This document shows, piece after piece, positions 55,464 through 64,000 of a DNA stretch of 64,000 bases; the stretch's first letter is position 1, and every line of letters begins with the position of its first letter. The DNA is from Heteronotia binoei (taxonomy: Eukaryota). The notes below the pieces were generated by a model, which had not been told where the DNA came from, did no database searches, and worked only from the letters and a program-made list of their open reading frames with translations. Made by a program: the position numbers and the translations under genes. The stretch covers positions 24,180,001 through 24,244,000 of the forward strand of contig NC_083237.1 in NCBI RefSeq assembly GCF_032191835.1, written 5' to 3'.

Positions 55464-56559
55464 TCTCAACCAGGGCTGGATTAACAAATAGGCCAGATAG
55501 GCACCGGCCTAAGGGCCCTCACGCCTTTAGGGGTCCTGGGCTTGCTTTCCCTCCTGCCCTGGTTTTCCCTGGTTGTTGTTGTTTGTTTTGTGTAATAAAA
55601 CTGGTTTATTAAAATTGTTGGTTGGTAAAATTAAAAACGTATTAGGAGATAATTTGCGAGGGGCTCCCAAGATTTCAACTGCCTAGGGGCCTCCAAAGGG
55701 TTTAATCTGGCACTGCTCTCAACTGGTTATATCCCTGCTCGTTTCTCACCAGCATTTGCTTGTGGGGTGGGGGCAACAAAAGTTATGTTTTTTCTGCACG
55801 TTTAGGGAATCTCTCCACTGTGTAAAAAGGCCTATGTCTCTGTGGTAGGCCTGTCCTCCCCTCCTCTTGTGCTTGGCATGTGGATCAGCTGCTTTACTGT
55901 TAAATGCGGCAATAAAATAATGAAACTGAGGGCGGGCACTTCTCGTGATGGACTGAATTCTCTCACAAACTTGCAGTGACCCGAGAAGGACTCACAGTGG
56001 TAATTAGTGGGATTTGGCAGAAACATCCAGGCTTTTTGTACACAGAAGGTAAAGATTGCAGATAACAGCTGGGAAGGCCTGTCTGCTCTGCTCTAGGGAG
56101 AGCTATGGCTGAACTTGCAAGTGTTCCTCTGGGCTCCTAGGGTTTGTTAACATCTGCGAGGAGTGATTCGGAAGCTGAAGGGGGTTCTGAAAAATGCACA
56201 CACACACACACACACCCCCCGCAAGATCAGGCATTCCTGACACCTCCCCTTTAGTACATGAACAAGTTGATCGAGTTTTGCAAGTAATTAGTGAAACAAT
56301 TTTTAATTGTCTGCTTAATCTGGAAACAAATGTGTGTGTGTGGGTGGGGGGGACCCATCTTGCTTCTTGTTAAAGTAGGCAATTGCAAACCCCTGGGCAG
56401 CAGATGCTTTCTTAGAAGAGGCACCCTTCTGATCTCCGCACACAAACAAATTCTTCTTCCGTAGAGGTGCCTGCTATGGTAAATGTGGGTATCATCTGAA
56501 AACAAAGAAAATAAGCTTTCCCCCTCAGATGTACTACTTTTTGTGTGCAAGTCTATGCA

Positions 56560-56895
56560 GATGAAATGGGTGGTTTTTAAACAGAGGCTAAATCGCCATC
56601 TGATAGTAATGCTGATTCTGTGAACTTAGGCAGATCATGAGAAGGAGGGCAGGAAGGGTTGCATCCGTGCTTAGTTCTCGTGGCTCTTTCTTACATACCC
56701 AGGGAAATGCTGTTTGCCACTTTGAGGTCAGGCAGCAATTTTTCTCCAGGCCGGTTCTTGTTATTGTTGTTTGCCATCTTCTGGGCTTGGAGCAGGGGTC
56801 ACTGGGGTATGTGTAGTGGTGAGGTACTTGTGAGCTTCCTGCATTGTGCAGGGGGCTGGACTAGATGACCCTGGAGATCTGTTCCAACTATGATT
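56560..56895 (+). mobile_element. CR1 3' UTR fragment
   Basis: Ends GGGCTGGACTAGATGACCCTGGAGATCTGTTCCAACTATGATT, a typical CR1 terminus. Confidence 0.7.
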
Positions 56896-57317
56896 GTTTA
56901 ATCCATGGAAAGTATTTAGAGTCAGTTACAGATCCCTGAGCCTAAGGTGGGGGAAGACAGAATTTGAGGCTAAAGGAAGAGGTGAACGGGAGCAAATGGA
57001 GTTTCAGACATTCTGACATTCCAATGAACCTCTCCAGTAGTGCATGGCAAATTCAGGAACAACAGATACTTCAGATCATGTAAATACCTGCCAGCTATTT
57101 AAGCTCACTTCTGGAAAAATTGCAGCTGATGCCCAGGGAGCTCAGAGTAGCATGTGCATTTTTCCAACCCCCTTTTATCCTCATCATAACAACCCTGTAA
57201 GGTAGATCATGTTAAGAGAGCAACTGGCTGAAGTTCATCCAGTCACGGCAAAGTGAGGATCTGAACCTGGGCCTCACCCTGGTGTGATAACTTGTGCCGT
57301 CTCTCTCTCTTTTTCAG

Positions 57318-57395
57318 ATCCAGAAACTGATTATGGACCCTGTCCCAGACAGTGGCCTCCTTCCCTTCCTGACAGCACCAAGCCCCCAGTTTTGA
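57318..57395 (+). CDS. ISOC2: ISOC2 last coding exon
   Basis: IQKLIMDPVPDSGLLPFLTAPSPQF*; ttttcag acceptor; completes a 203-aa protein. Confidence 0.93.
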   Translation: MQKLIMDPVPDSGLLPFLTAPSPQF

Positions 57396-57888
57396 CCTAG
57401 GTCAACTGCTCTGGGAAGATGGCTCCCTTCCTTGAAAGCATCCTCATCCTTTGGTTCCTCCAGCCAGTGCCTCCTTTTGGGTAGGAAGGGAAGGAATCGA
57501 GAGTAGGAGCTGTGCATGTTGTTTTATTTTTTGAACAGGAAGATGCTGGAGTCGAAGCCAGCCTGAAAACCCTGCCTTCTAATTCCAGTCACCTGGGGCC
57601 TTTATGTGGGGTTTCAATGTAAGGGATTGCTTTGTATACCGTCAGGATTTTTTTTTTGCATGATCTTATCTGTGACCTGCTGTTTTTAAGTATCTCCAGG
57701 TCTCACCCTTATGTGAGAGGAAGGAGGCTTTCTATAAAGAAGGGAAGATGCCATCAAGAACATTATTGGTGTCTTCTGACAAATTTGTACATTTCTCTGG
57801 CATGAAGCTGTATGTAGAGGAAAGGGGTTTTGATTTTGTAGCAGCTCCCAGATTCTTCAACCAGAGAATACCTAAACTTCACAATCAG

Positions 57889-57894
57889 AATAAA
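57889..57894 (+). terminator. ISOC2: Probable ISOC2 polyadenylation signal
   Basis: AATAAA about 500 nt after the stop, followed by T/G-rich sequence. Confidence 0.6.
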
Positions 57895-58213
57895 TGATTT
57901 TGGTTGACTGGGCAGGCACTTTCTTTTTTACAGGCTTCATTTTGGGCAGCTCACAGGAGGCGGAGCTCCAGAACCTCTAAATTTTATCGTGCTCTTTCTT
58001 TCTTAACCCCCCACCCAAATCCCCTGTGAGAATTTTGCTGAACTCTTAAGATTTGACAAACTTTCTTATATTTTCCTCCCACAAAAAATGGGAAAATAAA
58101 ACATATAAAGCAGACAGATGGAAATCTTCATCATGCCACTATGGCCACATAGGAGAAAGTAATTTAAAAAGTATGATGGGAGTAAGGTTTTATTATGACT
58201 ATTGTAATTCAGG

Positions 58214-58580
58214 AAACATTTTAAGATAGATGCTGAGCTGATGTAATTTAACAAAGCAGGAGTCAAAGGTGAACTTGACTCCCGCTTTGTTAAATTACAT
58301 CAGCTCAGCATCTATCTTAAAATGTTTAAGACCAACCAATTTTTATTTAGAACGTAAGCTTTCGTGTGCTCTTAAGCACATGTCATCAGACGAATCCAGC
58401 ACAGTGAGCAAAGCCATACATAGCTGAGCAAAGCCATACATAGCTGGTAGGCAGTGACCCAGAATGCAACATAGAAAGAAAGCTTACGTTCTAAATAAAA
58501 ATTGGTTGGTCTTAAAGGTGCAACTTGACTCCTGCTCTGTTCAGCTGCTTCAGACCAACACAGCTACCTGCTTGGATCTA
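58214..58580. mobile_element. Penelope-like remnant in inverted arrangement, with a 53-bp foldback
   Basis: GAAAGCTTACGTTCTAAATAAAA.TTGGTTGGTCTTAA occurs on - (58325-58363) and on + (about 58478-58515); hairpin 58214-58266 / 58275-58327; related pieces at 18610-18700 and 22490-22570. Confidence 0.7.
58352..58392 (-). ncRNA. Minimal hammerhead ribozyme motif (Penelope type), slightly degenerate
   Basis: Minus strand: CGT CTGATGA C ATGTGC TTAAGA GCACAC GAAA GCTT ACG. Confidence 0.6.
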
Positions 58581-61500
58581 TCTGGTGTAATTTAGTACAC
58601 CTTCCGGTGATGTCAGGGGAGGGTGGGATATAAATTTGATAAAATAAATGTCAGGGGTGCATGGCATATGCAAGTGAATTGTGCTAATGAGCTCCAGCAC
58701 CTCTTTTTCTACTAAATGACCCCTGCTTGTTTACATTTTGTGTTCACTTGGGTAGTGCTATGGTTGGATGCTCAGGAATTAGAATCCTTTTCCCACACAC
58801 ATTTGGTTACAGATTTAGGAAAAGAGCATTGAAAGGTTGGTGGTTAGAAGGAAAGAAGGCGTGTGAGTTGCTGAGAAGAAGGAACTGAGCATGGCAAAGG
58901 AACAACAGGGACCTGGCCAGAGGTCCTCCACTGTGACCTGTAAAAGCTTCCACCTAATACTCTTTACTGAATTCCTAACTAGACTCACAGCCATGAGGGT
59001 TAGCAATTTGGTTTTGGGGGAGAGCAAGGAACTGGTGTTGCATAGCAGCTGAGAGGACACGTTGTGGCCCAGAGGGTATAAATCTTGCCCCTGCCACAAG
59101 CACTTTAGGGTTTTAGGAAAGCCATTCTCTCTTGGTCTCATCCTGCCCCCATCTCTAGCAAGATGGTACTGGGTTATCTCACAGGCTTGTTGTGAGAGCT
59201 ATGGTATGTTGTCTTATGTGAACCACTTGGAACACAAAGTGAATTCAGACAAATGTTACATATTATTAAGTCCTCAGGATTCCAGAACATCAGCCAGTTT
59301 CTGCACTGATGTTCTTCCTGTTCCACACTGTGTGGCCTAAAGGCACGTGAGTGTGCTGCGGCAGACCCACACTGCAGGGACACGAAGGCCAGAGGCTCTC
59401 CCTCTTTGTTTAATTCTTTCATTTGTACCACACTCTTCTCCCTCGTGGGATGCAGAGCAGCTTAAAGCATTCTCCCCTTCTCCATTCCCACACAACAGCC
59501 CGGCGAGGCAAGTTAGACTGCAAGCTTCAAGGCAGTCCAGGGAATCAAACATGGTTTCTCAAATCTGAGTCTGGCCAGACTGTGGCTCAGGAACCACATG
59601 TGGCTCTTTGGCACATGTTGTGTGGCTCTTGAAGCCCCCCCTGCCCTATTGGCAGGCAGCTTGGAGAAGGCATTTAAAGTTAAAGTTGCTTTCTTTCTTC
59701 CTCATCTATTTCCTTCCTTCCAACTGTCAAACATCTGATGCTCATGTCTTATAGCTCTCAAACATCTGACATTTATTAAGATTGGCCACCCCTGCTCTAA
59801 CCATTATACAATGTTGTTGTTGCCCCTTTCCCTCAGCAATTTCATTAGGGTTGCTAAGTCCAACTCAAGAAATATCTGGGGACTTTAGAGCCAGGAGCAT
59901 GGTTGTGATCAAGACCTTTTTGGCAGAAAAATCCCAGCAGGAATTCATTTGCATATTAGGCCACACCCCCTGACACCACCATTGTTTGATGCAGGGCTTT
60001 TTATAGAAAATCCCAGCAGGAACTCATTTGCATGTTAGGCCACACTCTCTGAGATCAAGCCAGCCAGAACTGTGTTCCTCTGCATTCCTTCTCAAAAAAA
60101 AAAAAGCCCTGGCTGTGATAAGCATGACTGAATGCTGAAGTGAGTTCTGGCCATTCCATTTGAAGAGACCATGTTCCTTTTAAATGCCTTCCCTCCATTG
60201 GAAGTAATGGAGAATGGGGGCACCTTCTTTGGGGCCTCATAGAATTGGATCTCCTGGTCTAATTATTTTAAAACTTGGGGAGTTTTCTGAGAGGCACCAG
60301 ATGCTATACTGAAAATTTGGTGCCTCTACCTCAAAAAACAGGCCCTCCTGAGACTACCAATTGATCGATTTTCCATTATACCCCATGGGGATTGGTCCAT
60401 AGGGTATAATGGATCGTCCAGCAGCTGTTCCTACCCCCACCCCACGTTTTGATAGCCCTGAAGTGGGGGAGGGCCTCCAAACCAGGAGATCCCCTGCCCC
60501 CAACTGGGGATTGGCAACCCTAATTTCATTCAAGAGGTATACTGCCTTTGAACATGCTCAGATGCTATTCCTAAGAAACACAGATGGACTGAGCCTCTTT
60601 TTAAAAACGATTTAAGCCTGCACCCCTCACCACAGCCCAGGAGTTCCATAAGGTTAATTGCATAAGTCATTTCTTTTTTTCTCACCTGGCCAATAGTCTG
60701 CAAGTGAACCCCTTCATCTGTTAGTTTCTGTTATGCAGCCATTAAAGATGGGAGAGCAGACCAGGCCCTTTTGTGTTTTCATCCTTCTCCCATCTCCCTG
60801 GTCCTTTGGGATTGCTAGACCTAAATTCTCAGGGGGGGGGTTGTGAACTATTTTAAGAGCTGTATGGAATAAGGACAATTGCAGAGTATGCAGCTTTTCC
60901 CACTGCAGCACGGAGATGGGGGGAAATCTGCCCTTGGCAGAAGAATCCCTTCCCACGTGGTGCGCAAGAGACAGCTCTGCACCCAGTAGCCCCAGTCTGA
61001 GGACAGATTTGGAAAAAGAATGTACTTCTTTCAATTCTGCATTATTCTAGGAGAGGCTTAGTACAGTACAATGGTTAGAATCCAGACCAGGGCTGTGGAG
61101 ACCTGAATTCAAATCCTTACTCTGTCGTGAGGCTTACTGGGTGACCTTGGACCAGCCCTTTGCCTTAACTAGCTCCCAAGGATTATTGTAAGGAGAGGAG
61201 AACACCCCCTCACCACCTTGTGTCACCCTGATGGCCTGACAAAAGTGGCAGCTATCTTTTTGGGCTTCAGGTGAGCGTTCCCTTTCTAGCCCTGTGACCA
61301 CATACATTAGGCTCAGTAAGAGCCTGCATTGGTTCTGAACATTTTACTGTTAAGAGTAGTACTATGTGGGATCAGGCTGAAGGCTGTATCCGAAAGAGCC
61401 ATATAATGGAAAGGAAAGGAGTAGCACAGGAATCATTTCTGGCAAAGAGAGCGTAGCTGCTCCGTTATGTTGCTGAAATGAATATGCCCCTTTCTTGTAG

Positions 61501-61805
61501 GCACCTTCTGTATATGCTGATGATGTGACTTTTCATAGTGAGACAAGGCTATAGGGTTTAATCCTTTGGATTTCTATGCATTGTTTTGGTGAGAATTTGC
61601 TCTGGGAGGGAAAAGTAGAAAAGATGCCCTCTGCCACACAATCGGGAGTGACTCCGCATTTAATCTATCGGTTTTTCCGCACACCCACGGGGAGAGCTAG
61701 CACGGCACCTATTGCACTATCCAGCCTACAGTTTCCGCATTTATTTCCGCGGCCCCTTTAAAACCCAACTCCCCCCCCCCCGCTCCCTCATCACAACACC
61801 AGCAA

Positions 61806-61823
61806 CACGTGCCTGCCCACGTG
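61806..61823. promoter_or_regulatory. DBP: Tandem E-boxes with 6-bp spacer upstream of DBP
   Basis: CACGTG-CCTGCC-CACGTG in a CpG-rich region; further CACGTG at 59344 and 60954. Confidence 0.75.
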
Positions 61824-63006
61824 TTCTCAATCCTGTACAATCTCCCGTTCCCCCTTCTGTCGGCTCCCCATTGGCCAAAACTGGGTCAGGCTCCACCCAT
61901 CGCCTCCGCTGCCATTGGCCAAATCTAGGTCAGAGCCCCACCTGCCCCATGGCAGGCGCACATGACAGAACGAGAAAGGCGGGGGGAGCGGTGTTTGCAA
62001 ATCTCACGCTTTGCGAGTCTTAATTGGTGGAGAGGGCTCTGCTAAGTCACGCCCACCCGTGTCGCCTAGCCCCTCCCTGTTCGAATGTTGCAAAAGGAGG
62101 GGGGGTGAAATCCGGAGATAGTTGTAAAGTGCTTAGAGCACAGGAGAGCGATTTTTTTTTTAAACCACTTATTTGTTCAAAGACAGCTGCATTGACTGCA
62201 AGGAGCCGCTGGAGAAATCCGGAAAAAACGAATTTGGGGGAGCATCAAGATCTGTTTTCTGTTTCATTTTAAACGGGGGGGGGGGGACTAGATCCCTCCA
62301 ACTCTCAATGCCAGCAGAGCACGGGAACCCTATTTTTAAATCTTTTTTGCATCCCGTTTAAGGATCGGGGATCGGCCTGTTTTTTCTTTGACTGCTAGAT
62401 CTTTGGGGGAAAGATCGCCCGCTTGAAACGGGGAACCTATCTCGGTATTGGGGGAAGGTGATCTTAGGTTCACCGATGACTTGCCGTGCGAAAGGAAGCA
62501 TTTTGCTCTAGGATATTTTTTCCTGTTCTCTCTTCCTGGGAAATCTCTTTGGATCTAAGGAGAGCTTCTGGTTTGCCTCCCCCCCCCCCCCCACCGGCCC
62601 TGCAAGGAAATTTTTCTTCCTGGGAGATCCCTCTGAGATCCGGTTGGTTGCTAAATTTGGAGCGGCCGGTGAGGGGGGGGGGAAGGGGAGGCCATCGCCT
62701 GCCCCCTGGAGGCTTATTGAAAGGCTAGAGGGAGAAGAGCCGTCTCCGCTACCCCGCGCCTTTCTTAAAAAAAAAAAAAAAATAGCCTCCAAACCTTTCT
62801 CCCCTCCCCCTCCCGCATCTGAGCACCTAATAGGTGGCTCCTGCTCAGTCTCCAGTCCGGATCATTGTTTCTGCAGCTGTTTCCACGGGGTTTTGGTTTC
62901 AGTTCGGTTTCTTCCCCCTCGGTCCCCCCCCCCCCCCCGGCCTCGACACCGCCGAAGGAGAAGAGATCTCGCTGGTGGGTGCCTCCTGGATTTTGCTCTT
63001 CTCGGT

Positions 63007-63169
63007 ATGGCCCGCCCTGCGGCCCAGGCTAGCCCCACACCGAGCCCCATGCTCGCCTCTCCTCCTCTGGGTCTGGCCGGCCCCAGCTCCACCATGGTCA
63101 GTCTCAAGAGCCTTCTGCAGGGACCGGTCAAGAGTCCCGAACGGCGGGGGCCGAAGGACCTGAGTGCAT
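63007..63169 (+). CDS. DBP: PAR-bZIP factor DBP, first coding exon; gene continues beyond the window
   Basis: MARPAAQ...VSLKSLLQGPVK...DLSA(C) against recalled human MARPVSD...LGLRSLLQGTSKPKEPASC; t|gtgagt phase-1 donor; E-box context. Confidence 0.82.
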
Positions 63170-64000
63170 GTGAGTGACAGCTCATCTCTCCCCCCCTCCA
63201 ATATCCCTCCCCCTCATCCACCTGCCTGGTTCCCAACTTCCTTTCCTGCCCTTCTCTCCCTCCCCATAGGGGTCTGTCTGCTCGGCTCGATCCTACCATA
63301 AGCCCCCCTTCCCCCCAACGCTGGTGCGTTTTCCTTTCCAAAGCACTTTAGCTGGGGGGTTCGTTGCATTTTGCCCTTGAAACAACAAGGTTGCCTTTAG
63401 TCTCGTTTCAGAGTGAAATGCCCAAGGCTGCGCGTATGTGCTTGGCAGATGCGGAATTCGACTCCATCTGTCTCCTGTGGTTTGGATGAGATGGGTGCTT
63501 GCCCGTTCTTTACCCCTTTCTATCCATGCTCTCCCCCTCCCCCGTCTTATTTCATGAATCCTGCCGTGTCTTCTGTATGGGACAGGATGCTGGACGAGAT
63601 GGACCACGGGTCGCCTAATCGAGCAGAGGCTCTTCTTATGTCCCTCACCGTGTCCCATAAAGTGTGCTTGTCGCTCTTTGCGTGATATCCACCCCTTACC
63701 CACCTTCCCATGCATGCCAGCCTGTGCTACATAACTAGAGGGTTACATACGATCGTTGAAATTCATATCCGTCCATCAGAAATTCACTCACTCCCTTCTG
63801 GGAAGGGGGGGGGGGGGCTAAACAAACCCGCCTTCTGTGGGTTGCAAAGGCCTGCTCTTGGCATCATGAAACCGCAGCCCTAAACTGTCGCTGACACCCA
63901 GCGTATTTAAGCCGCCCTCCCCACCTATCCAGATGGCCTTCGGATCCTGAACTCGCTGTAACCTCTGCCTGTTCCGTGGGGGAGGGGGGCGGAAAAGGGA

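Noticed and set aside
56370-56515. Minus-strand acceptor-like site with an open frame (DTHIYHSRHLYGRR...)
   Set aside because: No homology recognised and no convincing donor.
51000-64000. CHCHD3 exon 2 and later exons
   Set aside because: I found no LSENVIDRM-like, coiled-coil or twin-CX9C exon by eye; a short diverged exon could have been missed.

Overview
Vertebrate (squamate, probably gecko) genomic DNA, very repeat-rich. Host genes, all on the + strand: the 3' end of MYH14 (exons 1742-1914 and 5340-5532, plus a candidate 24-nt microexon), a complete ISOC2 (CDS 46807-57395, 203 aa) and the first coding exon of DBP (63007-63169) with tandem E-boxes upstream. Mobile elements: an intact-looking DIRS1-type tyrosine-recombinase retrotransposon (9360-15760) and the 3' part of a decayed relative (1-1088); an 18-kb nested stack in which an old L1 sits inside CR1 fragments and is itself interrupted by a full-length L1 and by a defective chromodomain Gypsy element; many hAT MITEs, SINEs, L2/CR1 pieces and a Penelope remnant with a hammerhead motif. 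The most unusual observation is inside ISOC2 intron 2: a CpG-island, bidirectional-type promoter with a well-conserved CHCHD3/MIC19-type first exon and no other CHCHD3 exon recognisable in the window. It is bracketed by hAT-MITE termini and splits another MITE in two, which suggests a composite transposon that captured a promoter and exon. Protein and repeat identifications are by recognition from memory; no database search was run.
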